From contig CBDBLX010000001.1 in NCBI GenBank assembly GCA_965207445.1, positions 32,001-96,000 of the forward strand: a stretch of 64,000 nt of DNA, in the 5' to 3' direction. The DNA comes from Nitrosopumilus sp. Lineage in GTDB: Archaea > Thermoproteota > Nitrososphaeria > Nitrososphaerales > Nitrosopumilaceae. This document shows, piece by piece, positions 49,887 through 60,754 of the stretch. Positions within the stretch are counted from its first letter, which is position 1, and every line of letters begins with the position of its first letter. The position numbers and the translations under genes are program-made. The notes below the pieces were generated by a model. That model saw only the letters and a program-made list of their open reading frames with translations, made no database searches and was not told the origin of the DNA.

Positions 49887-52798
49887 TTAACTCCGACACC
49901 TACTGATACATAGTACACCTCAGGTATCCCATCTTTAATCAGTATCGTACCAATGTTAATTACCGTGTCACTGTCATCATCCAAATTATTCGCATCCCAC
50001 ACCAACACACGATTAGTCCGCGGCACGATATAATCATCGATGAACTCTTCTAGCGCCTCTATGGTCTCTTCTCGGTCCCGATCAGTGTAAAAGAACAGTT
50101 CATTGACATTAAATGACAACGGTACTGCCAAAGATGTAGGTCTTGACACCTCTAGTTCAGCGTCCTCAAACACCTGCAGCACAATATCAATTCTATCTTC
50201 TAGCTCTAATTTAACAAAGCCCTCAGTATCATTACCATCACCACCACTAACACCAGATGGCTCAACACCAGAAACCTTGCTCAGATACGCCTCAAATGCG
50301 TCTTCTTGCGTGTCCCCTAACCCTACAAAATACTCACCATTAAACGCAGCACCAACAGCAGCTATAGTTCCCAACTGGGCCACTACACCACCGGCACCTG
50401 CAGTATACACAGGTATGAAATACACATCATGCTCACCTACACGATACAAGATATTATCCCCTATTCGGGGTGTTCTCAATAACGTCTTTAGTTGCGCAAA
50501 CTCTGGGTCTCTATCAAGCGCCTCCTTTACAGCAGTGGGCCCTATCAGTTTGGTAGTAGAATTAAGCGGTACTTCATAAAACTGTATATTACCCAAACGC
50601 GACAGATCATTTTCCACTACGATATATCCTGCTAGATTCCTGCCTTGTGAGCCCCTCAACTCTAGTGACAACAATCCCAAAAATTCCGTCTGATTAAACC
50701 CAGGAGGTTTTGCCTCTACATAATACGTATCTAGTCCTGCAGGTATCTCATAAAACTGATTTGCTTGGATAAACGTCTCTACATCAGTCACGTGATAAAT
50801 GTTGTACATTTCAGTCTTCCAATTAAACAACTCTACTGGATATCTGATCTGCTCCTCTAGCCATGCAGGCATCGGACTGAACTGATCTGCGTATTGGGCA
50901 GCAAACATTTCAGTAAAAAAGTCATCACCGGTCTGTAATAGTTGTATATTCCCATCATACGAGTCAACTAGCGCATATCCGACTAGCCTAAGATATGGAT
51001 TGCCAATTGACCACGGTACATTCTGAGTATCAAATCCGATAATAAGCGGAATCAACCAATACGAGTTTGTGCCATCTGTAACAGGTAGCGAATCCAATTC
51101 TTTTCCAAACAAGTCATACAAAAAGTACGGATACAGCACTTCCATGCGATGATTAACGTCCTTGTATCTCATAACATGTACTGATTCAGCTGGAAACTGA
51201 AGTAAAAAGTTCGGCTCAAATATCCAGCTAAATGGAGGTCCAACATCCAAGCCACCTACCCCAGAGTACATCGCCTCCCCCAACTCTGCGCTCTCACCAG
51301 GACCCCTAGAAGTCGGGTGTCCAGACCACGTTGACTCAAATAGTCCACCCTCTCCATAGTATATCTCACGTTGCTGGAAGAACTGATTACTGTCAACTAT
51401 CTGACCATCAGTTGCCTCCAAAGTCAAAAACCCATCAGGTACATGCGTATACACAAGATGCTCATTATACCATCGATTATCAGAACTCACAGATGATGGC
51501 AGTATAGGTTTCATCGATGCAGTCCAGTACAAAGTATCATCAAATCGCAATATGTCATTGTCCTCAAAGTCAACATACGGTATCAGACCAATCTCTGGCT
51601 TTAGTTTTGCAAAGGCGGCCTCCCAATCCCACACGCGTATGACATCAAGTACATCTGCATTACTCTTTACATAGCCATCAATGTTATTTGGCGAGACGGG
51701 CCGCAACTGTACATCATGGGTCACTTTGTTAATATCATCAAGCTCACCCAAATATCTATTCACACTAATCTGCTGAGCGGTATAGGGGCCCAAATATTCT
51801 ATTTTGCGCGCGTCAGCTATTGTATCATTAACTTCTACAAAGATAAACAGAGCAACACCAATGGCCAAGATGGTCAAAAAGCGTATCCACACATCACGCT
51901 TGAACATGTGAGTTAAGACACGCGCGCGTATACGATCTACTACAGAAAAAGCAACAAGCGCAAGACCAATTATCAAGACGCCACCAATTTCGTATTTGGT
52001 GTTATAATCAATCTGGTTTGTAAAAAACATGTTAAAGCCTGCCCACAAGACAGCAATTCCAACCAAGCCTTCTATAGTGGATACATAATTCAAATATCGA
52101 GGCTTGCCACTATTAGAGTCCTGAACAAAGGATGTTACAACATGAATCATCCTATGAACACCCACATACAGTATAAGACGCAACCCAATAGCAGCCAAGA
52201 TAGGCGGTATCAAAACTACAAGTGCAGGTATCATCGGAATTACACTCTCAGTAGCATATATCACATCAGTAGGCGGAGTTACAAATGGCAACGTAAAGAG
52301 AATAGGTAGATTCTCAACACCTAACATATTACCGTCTACCAAAAATGCAACTGCACCAAACCCGAACATTATATTTGCAAAAAATGCACCAAACAGCAAC
52401 ACCTTTGTTATCTGCCATACAACAAACTGCAAAACACTAAGCTTGTAATCAGCATAACTTTCCAGACTATCAGATATAGGCTCTTGGACTGGAGACGTTC
52501 TAGGACCACGTGCCACAAATGCAAATGTGGTCTTTATAGCATACCAGAACATCGATGACCTACCTAACATGTTAACGCGCACCAAAGCTATGGCAGCTAG
52601 TATGAGCGAGGACACCAAAGTATAATACAAAGGTCTAGTAAACTCTTCATCAAACTCTGAAAAGTTCATGTAAAGTACCACACCTTGGTTTCCCACCACG
52701 ATCAGCGTAGCTATTGCAATTGCAGCTACGACTATAAGCCTCAGATACTTGCTAGTGTCAGCCGGCGGGGTCGGTTTATCAGTAGTTGCGCTATACAA
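49883..52798 (-). CDS. UPF0182 family membrane protein
   Basis: N-terminal TM bundle; WYNEHLVYTH, IYYGE, VDSYDG, RYP..LF, YHVTD motifs. Confidence 0.85.
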   Translation of the reverse strand: MYSATTDKPTPPADTSKYLRLIVVAAIAIATLIVVGNQGVVLYMNFSEFDEEFTRPLYYTLVSSLILAAIALVRVNMLGRSSMFWYAIKTTFAFVARGPRTSPVQEPISDSLESYADYKLSVLQFVVWQITKVLLFGAFFANIMFGFGAVAFLVDGNMLGVENLPILFTLPFVTPPTDVIYATESVIPMIPALVVLIPPILAAIGLRLILYVGVHRMIHVVTSFVQDSNSGKPRYLNYVSTIEGLVGIAVLWAGFNMFFTNQIDYNTKYEIGGVLIIGLALVAFSVVDRIRARVLTHMFKRDVWIRFLTILAIGVALFIFVEVNDTIADARKIEYLGPYTAQQISVNRYLGELDDINKVTHDVQLRPVSPNNIDGYVKSNADVLDVIRVWDWEAAFAKLKPEIGLIPYVDFEDNDILRFDDTLYWTASMKPILPSSVSSDNRWYNEHLVYTHVPDGFLTLEATDGQIVDSNQFFQQREIYYGEGGLFESTWSGHPTSRGPGESAELGEAMYSGVGGLDVGPPFSWIFEPNFLLQFPAESVHVMRYKDVNHRMEVLYPYFLYDLFGKELDSLPVTDGTNSYWLIPLIIGFDTQNVPWSIGNPYLRLVGYALVDSYDGNIQLLQTGDDFFTEMFAAQYADQFSPMPAWLEEQIRYPVELFNWKTEMYNIYHVTDVETFIQANQFYEIPAGLDTYYVEAKPPGFNQTEFLGLLSLELRGSQGRNLAGYIVVENDLSRLGNIQFYEVPLNSTTKLIGPTAVKEALDRDPEFAQLKTLLRTPRIGDNILYRVGEHDVYFIPVYTAGAGGVVAQLGTIAAVGAAFNGEYFVGLGDTQEDAFEAYLSKVSGVEPSGVSGGDGNDTEGFVKLELEDRIDIVLQVFEDAELEVSRPTSLAVPLSFNVNELFFYTDRDREETIEALEEFIDDYIVPRTNRVLVWDANNLDDDSDTVINIGTILIKDGIPEVYYVSVGVGVN

Positions 52799-52951
52799 AA
52801 CTGTATATCGTATCTGTTTGTTAAATTAATGTGTTGTTAGGTTTGGCACAGTAATAAAATGTTCAACTAAAATGTGCACTTGTATGTATGATTTTCAATA
52901 AAATAGGCAAAATCACTAAAATTTCACCATACATGGTAATTAATCTCAACA

Positions 52952-54103
52952 TTATGGTATATGGGCAAGTCCTTTACATAGTAGATAGGCAGCAGCATAT
53001 TTTGGTAGAGTAATTTTTTTGTCATGTTTGTATGATCCAAGTACCGTGTCTCGCAGACGGAACCGAAGTGGACAATCATGCACAACCACATCAACAGTAT
53101 CACTAGTATCAATCACAGCATCCACATATGGATCAAATGTATCTATATCAGAGCAGGTCATCTTTATCATCGAACTCTTGCTGTTTATGGTGTGCGGCAT
53201 TCTAAATATACGATGCACATCCATCGTAACTCCAGAATCTATCTTTATGCCAATATTATTAATGGCATCATTAACCATACCTTGAAATCTAGCATACCTA
53301 GAGTCACCATCTAGTTTATCAAATTCTGATAATATGTTGTTGCGGCCTTTTTTAGAGACAAACACATATTTTGCAAACTTGCCGCGCCAACCACGCTCAC
53401 CAATATTAGGAATGTATTGCTTTTCAAATTTAGATCTGCTCACTCCCATAGATTCAGGTAACAGTCCTCTGAGTGTGATATAATCGGCTAGTTCTGTACG
53501 CGCACTAGCATCTAGTTTCAAAAAAGGCCCATGTAAAACATGTACATGATAACCCTCATTACCAGAAAAATATATTGTAATTACATTTGGCGAGATGCCC
53601 AAGTCATCACACAATATGTCAACTAGTAGTTTGATCTGCTCTTTTGCGCCTGCCATGCATTTTTTGCACGGCAGTGATACTGGTTTTGTGTTGATATTTT
53701 CCCCACATGTGTCACATGTAATTTTAGTAGATGCAGCATTGCACGTATGGCACACATAAAACACATGATTTTTGCGACAGGGCAACTGCAAGTCTTTGGC
53801 ATCAACATCAAATATCAAGTCAGCGCCCTGCCAGTCTTTTTCTGTCAATGGCATATTTGGGAATCTGTAATATGCATTAGAGCAGTAGACATCAGATGGC
53901 GTGTTGCGCAAAAAGAATATATTCATATTTTTTTTATCACGTATTTGGATATGTCGCATCATGCCAATATTTCCAAGCGTTTGGTATCCAAACTCGCGGC
54001 GTTGTATGTGTGTAGGGTGGGGTATGTCATCTGTATGATCATAGTAGTATTGCTTGAAGAATGATTCAAGAAATTCAATATCAGGCGGATTCAACTTTAT
54101 CAT
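52952..54103 (-). CDS. priS: DNA primase small (catalytic) subunit
   Basis: RREFG, DLIFDVDAKD, FSGNEGYHVH, ID..VT.D.HRIFRMP. Confidence 0.93.
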   Translation of the reverse strand: MIKLNPPDIEFLESFFKQYYYDHTDDIPHPTHIQRREFGYQTLGNIGMMRHIQIRDKKNMNIFFLRNTPSDVYCSNAYYRFPNMPLTEKDWQGADLIFDVDAKDLQLPCRKNHVFYVCHTCNAASTKITCDTCGENINTKPVSLPCKKCMAGAKEQIKLLVDILCDDLGISPNVITIYFSGNEGYHVHVLHGPFLKLDASARTELADYITLRGLLPESMGVSRSKFEKQYIPNIGERGWRGKFAKYVFVSKKGRNNILSEFDKLDGDSRYARFQGMVNDAINNIGIKIDSGVTMDVHRIFRMPHTINSKSSMIKMTCSDIDTFDPYVDAVIDTSDTVDVVVHDCPLRFRLRDTVLGSYKHDKKITLPKYAAAYLLCKGLAHIP

Positions 54104-55145
54104 CTTTTGTTGTGTTTATCTTTTTTCTGCCAAACTGCATAGGTGAAATAATTCCATCACATTGAGGTGTAGCGTGACACAAATTTTGTGTGCGTAGTTT
54201 GTCACAAGAAGGACATATGTATTTTGTAGTGGTGCCGAATTGACCTGACAAGTGATTTAACTGGTACATGGTGGTTTTTTCATTATAGTCAGGCGCATTT
54301 TTAAACAGAGGTGCTATCTGTTGCACCGTCTGATTTCGTCCAAGTAGAAAAGTCGCCAACATGAATCTACCAGAGTGAGGTAGATTCTCGCCCCGTTCAA
54401 GTACAGAGATTGCGTGTTTGATGCATGGTGGGTACTCACCTGTGTGCTCGTATTTTGGGGTGAGTTGATCAGCGCATGTACTTAGTTTTGAGACTATCTT
54501 TTCTAATCCAGGTATCATGTCTGGTGTAGGTGAATTTTTGATACGAGATATGATGTATGTTGTGAGTGCGTGACGTATCAGGCGGACTGTCTTATCAGGT
54601 GTTAATGCTACGTATCCTTTTACAACTTGCCTGTTTACCAGTTTCCACTCACGCTCATGAAATACTGCAGAGTGTTTGAGATATTCAGATATGCGTATCA
54701 AATAGTAATCATTGCGCTGTGTGATCTCCATACCAAACATATCAATAAAGATGAGGCGTACTAGGTTGTATCGCATGGTGTTATTATGTATGATATTGAG
54801 ATCATTTTTGAGATGCTCTTCTGCACGTCTAGCTTCACTTAGCGCAAATCGTTGTATTAGTGTGTGGCGTTTTGTTAGTTTGATGAGTACAATGGCAATC
54901 AAAAATGAAAGTATCTCTACATCAAACATTTGATCCTCAGAAAAGGTGGTCTTGTTATTATGCTCAGATCTGTACACTTTGCCCTGAGTTGCCGTCATTA
55001 CACGCTCATATGCTGTTTTTACTATAATCTCAAGGGCAGGGTCAGTACCAAATTGAGATATCTCAAAACCATAATCCTGAAGGTATTTTCCAGCACCAGT
55101 CATAAATGGGTATTTTGCCAAATCATCACGACCCAATATTAGCAT
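54081..55145 (-). CDS. priL: DNA primase large subunit
   Basis: AKYPF, YPPCI, NLPHSGRF, PDYNE..T.YQ, PSCDKL. Confidence 0.93.
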   Translation of the reverse strand: MLILGRDDLAKYPFMTGAGKYLQDYGFEISQFGTDPALEIIVKTAYERVMTATQGKVYRSEHNNKTTFSEDQMFDVEILSFLIAIVLIKLTKRHTLIQRFALSEARRAEEHLKNDLNIIHNNTMRYNLVRLIFIDMFGMEITQRNDYYLIRISEYLKHSAVFHEREWKLVNRQVVKGYVALTPDKTVRLIRHALTTYIISRIKNSPTPDMIPGLEKIVSKLSTCADQLTPKYEHTGEYPPCIKHAISVLERGENLPHSGRFMLATFLLGRNQTVQQIAPLFKNAPDYNEKTTMYQLNHLSGQFGTTTKYICPSCDKLRTQNLCHATPQCDGIISPMQFGRKKINTTKDDKVESA

Positions 55146-55423
55146 ACTATTGCATCAACAAACACATACATAAAATGCACGACTATATCAGTTGGAGAGG
55201 TTGTAATTAGGTATGGTTGTTATTCTTTTTTTTGAGAGTTCTCATCAAATCATAAAAAGTATTTACAAATCATATTATATTTTAATGATCATTAGATATA
55301 ATATTCCCAAAGCCTACGATCATGGCAGACTGGTATCTGAGATGAAATCTGGAATTAACCATAATTCATATGAATATAATTGCACAGATACGCGCTCAGG
55401 GCAGCTTGTAAAAAGTTACTATT

Positions 55424-56290
55424 TTACAGAAATTTTTGCCCAGGCGTATGAGGATAATTTATGGCAACAATCTCCATACTGTCATTTTGTGTTGTATATT
55501 GCAGTGATCGTCGCAACGCCACATAATATGTCTCAAATTTCATATCTGACAGTCCCAAGTCATCAGGGCTGTTTTGTTCTGATATCATGATACGATTATC
55601 TCTGCGTGTAGCATCTACAAACTGCAAGAAACTCTCAGTTGTCGGAACCTCATTGTAATGTGAGTTGGGATTGTTCATGTATGGCGGGTCCAAATACAAA
55701 AACGAATTTTTAAGATGTTCAAATTCTTCGAATCTCTTGTTTGTTATTGTTATGTTTTTTATGCTCTTGCTAATATTGTGCATATGTCCATTTAGCAGAT
55801 CAGGGCAGCGCGTATTTTTACGCATGGGTACATTAAATCTGTTTTTTCGATTAAAACGAATCTTACCACTAAACGCATTTTTTGCCAAGTATAGAAATTG
55901 TCCTGCGCCCTTTACACCATCAGTTAACGAGTCCTCTGCACGTACCGCTAGATAATACTCATGAGATGATCGACTTTTGTGTTTGTTGTATTCATGTATA
56001 AGTTGATCAATGTCATCACGCACACATGTCATAAAATTAGTCAGTACAGGGTTGTTGTCATTATATGTGATATCACTCAAAGGCCCAAAACGAAAAGAAC
56101 AGTATATGGTAAACGCCCCAGAGCCACCAAACAGGTCATAGATTTGTTTGCCATATTCATTTGGCATCAAGTCATCAAATATGTGAGTGAAACCAGATTT
56201 GTTTCCCACATATGGTAACAGGTGACACTTTTGATTCTTATTGTTTCTTACTTCATAGTGTGGTGCCGATAACAATAATAGTACACACAA
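55424..56290 (-). CDS. Dam-like N6-adenine DNA methyltransferase
   Basis: PYVGNKS, DLFGGSGA, FNVP, YLDPPY. Confidence 0.88.
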   Translation of the reverse strand: MCVLLLLSAPHYEVRNNKNQKCHLLPYVGNKSGFTHIFDDLMPNEYGKQIYDLFGGSGAFTIYCSFRFGPLSDITYNDNNPVLTNFMTCVRDDIDQLIHEYNKHKSRSSHEYYLAVRAEDSLTDGVKGAGQFLYLAKNAFSGKIRFNRKNRFNVPMRKNTRCPDLLNGHMHNISKSIKNITITNKRFEEFEHLKNSFLYLDPPYMNNPNSHYNEVPTTESFLQFVDATRRDNRIMISEQNSPDDLGLSDMKFETYYVALRRSLQYTTQNDSMEIVAINYPHTPGQKFL

Positions 56291-56348
56291 GTTTCCTAAT
56301 TTGTAATTTTTGATCCGGGTTTAAATTATCATAATAATACCAAAAGAT

Positions 56349-57200
56349 ATGCAGATAGGATGCCACGTCTCTATATCAGGCTCACTTGCAAATGCAGTCG
56401 ATAATGCTACTAGCCGTAATTGTACTGCATTTCAACTATTCACACACAATCCACGGGGATGGTATGCAAAAGACTTGGATGAACAAACAATAGAATCATT
56501 CAAGACAAAACTAGAGCAAAGTGACATTAATAGTAATGCAGTGTGTGTACATATGCCATATCTGCCTAATTTGGCGTCACCAGATGATGTAAAATTTAAA
56601 AGGTCACTGGCATCACTAAAAGATGAAATACGCAGGTGCTCTTTGCTTGGAATACCATATGTTGTAACACATCTTGGCAGTCATATGGGTACTGGTGAAG
56701 AGGCAGGTATAAACAGATTAGAAAAGGGATTAAACGCCGCTGCAAAAGATACACCTGATGATGTTATGATACTCTTAGAGAATACAGCAGGCCAAAAGAA
56801 CTCTGTGGGCGCTGATCTGAAACAGTTAGGGGAGATACTTTGTCGTTGCAAGCCTGCAAAACGATTTGGCGTCTGTTTTGATACATGTCATGCATTTGTA
56901 GCAGGGTATGACATGAGAACAAAACAAAAAGTAAATGAGACATTTGCAGAGTTTGACAAGCATATAGGACTAGATAGACTACGAATAATTCATCTCAATG
57001 ATGCCAAAGGTGAGTTAGGCTCCAAGCGCGACAGACACTACCACATAGGGTTAGGTGAGATAGGGGAGAGGGGATTGGCAGAGACCATAAAGATTGCAGT
57101 TCAAAAAGGCATCCCGTTGATTTTAGAGACCCCAATTGATGAGAAGAGAGATGATAGAGGAAACATGGAAAAAGCAAGAGAGTTGTTTGCGACGGTTTAA
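56349..57200 (+). CDS. nfo: Endonuclease IV (AP endonuclease)
   Basis: IGCHVS, HMPYLPNLAS, LLENTAGQ, CFDTCH, HLND, DRHYHIG, ILETP. Confidence 0.95.
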   Translation: MQIGCHVSISGSLANAVDNATSRNCTAFQLFTHNPRGWYAKDLDEQTIESFKTKLEQSDINSNAVCVHMPYLPNLASPDDVKFKRSLASLKDEIRRCSLLGIPYVVTHLGSHMGTGEEAGINRLEKGLNAAAKDTPDDVMILLENTAGQKNSVGADLKQLGEILCRCKPAKRFGVCFDTCHAFVAGYDMRTKQKVNETFAEFDKHIGLDRLRIIHLNDAKGELGSKRDRHYHIGLGEIGERGLAETIKIAVQKGIPLILETPIDEKRDDRGNMEKARELFATV

Positions 57201-57229
57201 TTATAATTGATTTTGTGAGATGATAATAT

Positions 57230-58729
57230 ATGATAGATTATGAACAAGTAGTAAAACTTGCACTAGAGCGCGGTTTTTACTTTCCAAGTTGTGAGGTGTA
57301 CGGGGATGCACAAGCAGGATTCTGGGAGTATGGGCCATCAGGTGTTGCACTAAAAAATAAATTTCTAGAGTTGTGGCGACGTGAACTTCTCAGAAGAGAC
57401 TCGATGATGGAGATCGACGGCTCTCAGATAATGTCAGGTTCAGTATTTGAGGCATCAGGGCATTTGGCAAGTTTTGCAGATCCTATCATTAAATGCCAAA
57501 AATGTGGGCTGACAGCAAGAGCAGACAAGACAATACAAGAGATAGCAAACATTACAGTGCCCGAGTCAGCAGAGCCTGGAGAGTTTGATGATATCATATC
57601 AAGATATGACATACGGTGTCCCAAATGCAAGGGTGAATTTACAAAAACTGAGCGATTCAATATGATGTTTAAAGTAGGAATTGGTCCTGAGCAAAGGGAA
57701 GCTTTTTTGCGCCCAGAGACGTGTCAGTCAATATTCGTCGACTTTCCCAGATTATACAAGTCGATGAGAGGTACATTACCAATAGGAATAGGGCAGATAG
57801 GTAAGAGTTTTAGAAACGAGATTGCACCAAGACAAGGTCTGTTGAGATTGCGCGAGTTTTATCAAGCAGAGATTGAAGTATTTTGTAATCCTCAACGACT
57901 CGATGAGGTACCAAATTTTGCAGAGGTGGCAGATGTAGAGTTAAATTTACAGTTGGACTCTGATGATGATGGTGGTGGTGGTGGTGAAGGTGGTGGTACA
58001 CAACATACTGTAACATGTGAACAAGCAGTAAAAAATGGCTTTTTGCCAAATAAATTGATCGCATATTATTTGGGCATGTTAACTGAATTTTATCAAAAAA
58101 CCGGAATTGACATGTCATATAGTAGATTTCGTAAATTGGGACAAAAAGAAAAGGCGTTTTATGCACAAGTCGCATTTGATTTTGAGGTCAAGACCTCGAC
58201 TGGATGGCTAGAGTTAGTTGCGTGTAATTACAGATCAGGGCACGATCTGCAAGGACATGCTGATAAAAGTGGAGAAAAATTTGAGGTGATCGACTGTGAG
58301 CAAAAAGTATTGCCACATGTCTTTGAGATATCAATGGGCATTGATCGCAGTTTGTACACCATACTAGAGCATAGTTTGTATTTTGACAAAGAGCACGAGA
58401 ACAGAAAGGTATTGTCATTAAAGCCGTATTTGGCGCCAGTACATATTGGTGTCTTGTCTCTAGTCAAAAAAGATGGGTTGCGTGAAAAGACAGATGAGAT
58501 ATATGGTATGATAAAACGAAAATGTGACGCATTTTTAGATCATTCTGGTGCCATTGGTAGACGATACAGGCGACTAGATGAAGTAGGGGCCCCGTTTGCC
58601 ATAACAGTCGATCATCAGACATTGCAAGACCAAACTATCACAATTAGAATGCGAGATAGTATGGAGCAATCAAGGATTAGTATATCACAGTTAGATGAGT
58701 TTGTAGCAAAACGTATTGCATATCCATAA
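57230..58729 (+). CDS. glyS: Glycine--tRNA ligase (archaeal/eukaryotic type)
   Basis: LRPETCQ, QIGKSFRNEIAPRQGLLRLREF, IGRRYRRLDEVG. Confidence 0.95.
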   Translation: MIDYEQVVKLALERGFYFPSCEVYGDAQAGFWEYGPSGVALKNKFLELWRRELLRRDSMMEIDGSQIMSGSVFEASGHLASFADPIIKCQKCGLTARADKTIQEIANITVPESAEPGEFDDIISRYDIRCPKCKGEFTKTERFNMMFKVGIGPEQREAFLRPETCQSIFVDFPRLYKSMRGTLPIGIGQIGKSFRNEIAPRQGLLRLREFYQAEIEVFCNPQRLDEVPNFAEVADVELNLQLDSDDDGGGGGEGGGTQHTVTCEQAVKNGFLPNKLIAYYLGMLTEFYQKTGIDMSYSRFRKLGQKEKAFYAQVAFDFEVKTSTGWLELVACNYRSGHDLQGHADKSGEKFEVIDCEQKVLPHVFEISMGIDRSLYTILEHSLYFDKEHENRKVLSLKPYLAPVHIGVLSLVKKDGLREKTDEIYGMIKRKCDAFLDHSGAIGRRYRRLDEVGAPFAITVDHQTLQDQTITIRMRDSMEQSRISISQLDEFVAKRIAYP

Positions 58730-58899
58730 CAAAAAATACATATAAAATAAAAGATCATTTATTAGTTATTCCAAATAGAAATTTGGTTTTATTTGTATAG
58801 ACCTTTTGCACAATCAACATATTATAAGAAAAAATCAAAGTAAATTTCAATAAAAAATCATATTACTATATGATATATGATAGATGGAAAATAAATAAA

Positions 58900-59617
58900 A
58901 GCAAGTCCGGGTAAAATGAATCCTTAATTACTGCTCAGAGATCAAACTTTAATTTTTTCTCTTTAGAATCCAAGTATACGGTGGTTAACTAGCCCCGATA
59001 TAATCTGCAAGATACGGTCAAGAGAGTCATCAAATTTAATGTATATATTTCGCAGCACTGAAAAATGTTTTAGTTTTCCTATTGCATGCTCTATTTTGAT
59101 TCGAATTTTACTGATGGACTTGTTGTGTTTTTTTCTCATTTTCTACCAACTCTTTTTTTGATTCCTCCACGTGCAAATGATTTCAATGTGACTAGTGCAT
59201 ATTCTGTATTTTCTTGTAATTCTGAGCTTTTATACGAACGGCCACGAGTTACAGTAATCATGTTGTTCAAATACACAGGGTTATCTCTACTAGTAACATC
59301 TAAAGATGTTTTATCTTTGAACAGTAAAATTTTCTGTGCGTTTACAATTTTTTTAAATTGATCATCAATTGTTTTTAGATCTATTATATCTACACTAAAG
59401 AAGATCAGAATCGTCAAATTCAATACTCAGGTTTGTCATGGTGTTGTGGTCTATGGGTCGTTCACCCTCCACGGCAAGATCCAGATCTGAGCCATCATGT
59501 GTTGTCCATTTAGATCTGCTTCCAAATACCCATTCTGACATCTGGCTCAAGATGTCTTTGAAGAATATCGCACACCATACTCATGTGATTCGGGGATATG
59601 TCGATTGAACTAGTCAA
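58900..59617 (-). pseudogene. Frameshifted minimal nucleotidyltransferase (MNT) fused to a type I R-M specificity-subunit fragment
   Basis: Across frameshifts near 59533 and 59400: ...WVFGSRSKWTTHDGSDLDLAV...FSVDIIDL..., then ITVTRGRSYKS...ALVTLKSFARGG (HsdS TRD-like); 3' limit approximate. Confidence 0.7.
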
Positions 59618-60041
59618 CAGACGTATTCATCTCCTTGAGGTGGGCCAAGGTATATTGTGCATCCTGCAGAAAATCTACCACACCTTCAAAGATCTCTTGT
59701 GCCTTGTCCTCATTGTATGTGTGACTGGTGGTTCCACGACTTTCTCTGTATTTGCGCCAAACGGTCACATCAGAACATACAAGATTCTTGCCATATGCTT
59801 CTCGTATAATTCTGTTAAAAGTCATATCGTTAACTGTTTTGGGACTGGGTGTAGTTTCTATCAAATATCGCTTGATCATTTTAAATGTAAGTTCATATGT
59901 AAATTCAAAGGCCAGTATGGTGGCCGAGCGCAGGTGTCTCTGCAACACAACATCATTCCTAGTTGCCTCTCGCTTGTATATGTCCAAGGACTCTTCTAGT
60001 TGGGCCACTGCTCTCTCCAATGGTCCAAGATCAAGACTCAT
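59610..60041 (-). CDS. HEPN-like nucleotidyltransferase substrate-binding protein (HI0074 type)
   Basis: FEFTYEL, IIREA, RGTTSHTYNE (Rx4H). Confidence 0.88.
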   Translation of the reverse strand: MSLDLGPLERAVAQLEESLDIYKREATRNDVVLQRHLRSATILAFEFTYELTFKMIKRYLIETTPSPKTVNDMTFNRIIREAYGKNLVCSDVTVWRKYRESRGTTSHTYNEDKAQEIFEGVVDFLQDAQYTLAHLKEMNTSVD

Positions 60042-60214
60042 ACGCCATCCTCCATGCCTGCAAACCCCAAGTCCATTATATTTTTTGTGATGAATTTGTC
60101 CAGTTTCCGCGCTTTAGACTGTTGTTTGCCTAATTCGGCTGCCAGCCGCCTCATCTTTTGCTCAAACGACTCACCATCACCTTCCTCCTGAAGTGCAACT
60201 CCTACGTAACGTCC
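60038..60214 (-). pseudogene. hsdM: C-terminal remnant of a type I R-M methyltransferase (HsdM)
   Basis: My translation GRYVGVALQEEGDGESFEQKMRRLAAEL...LDKFITKNIMDLGF; ATGA overlap with the HEPN gene. Confidence 0.75.
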
Positions 60215-60717
60215 CTATTGTTATATAATGATTGACGTCTTTACGCGGGTCTGGGTGAGATACACCCTAAGCACTACTACCAATGCAACTGCCGCTGTAA
60301 AGACGCTACTTGATGCACTGCATAGGCATCCCAAAGCAGATCTTACCAAGCTCACGATACGTACTGATCATGGTAGTCAGTATACGAGTAAAGAATTCAA
60401 TTTAACCATTAGTGCGCTGGATCTAAAACATGAATACATGAGATACAAGACACCACAGCATAACGGACATTGTGAATCATTTCATGGAAAACTTAAATTC
60501 GAATATGTATGGCCAGCATATCCGGAATCCTTTCAAGAAGCAGAGAAGATCATACTGAGAGCATTTGTTGATTATAACAAACGACGTCTCCACTCTGCAA
60601 TCGGATACATGCCGCCAGCAGAATTTGCATCCAAATGGGAAGAGGCAGAAAACTCATGACTGGCGATCTCTCGATTTTTTCTCAAAAAGCGCTCTCAATT
60701 CATAGGGGTCCAGCTCA
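60215..60717 (+). mobile_element. Truncated IS3-family element (integrase-core fragment 60228-60659 plus right end)
   Basis: IDVFTR, RTDHGSQY, NGHCESFHGKLK, YNKRRLHSAIGY..P; end ...AGGGGTCCAGCTCA. Confidence 0.8.
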
Positions 60718-60754
60718 CGATCTTGATAATGAACAATAACTTTTTGAATTTTGT

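Noticed and set aside
55213..55590. 125-aa plus-strand ORF
   Set aside because: Overlaps the methyltransferase antisense and has no recognisable features
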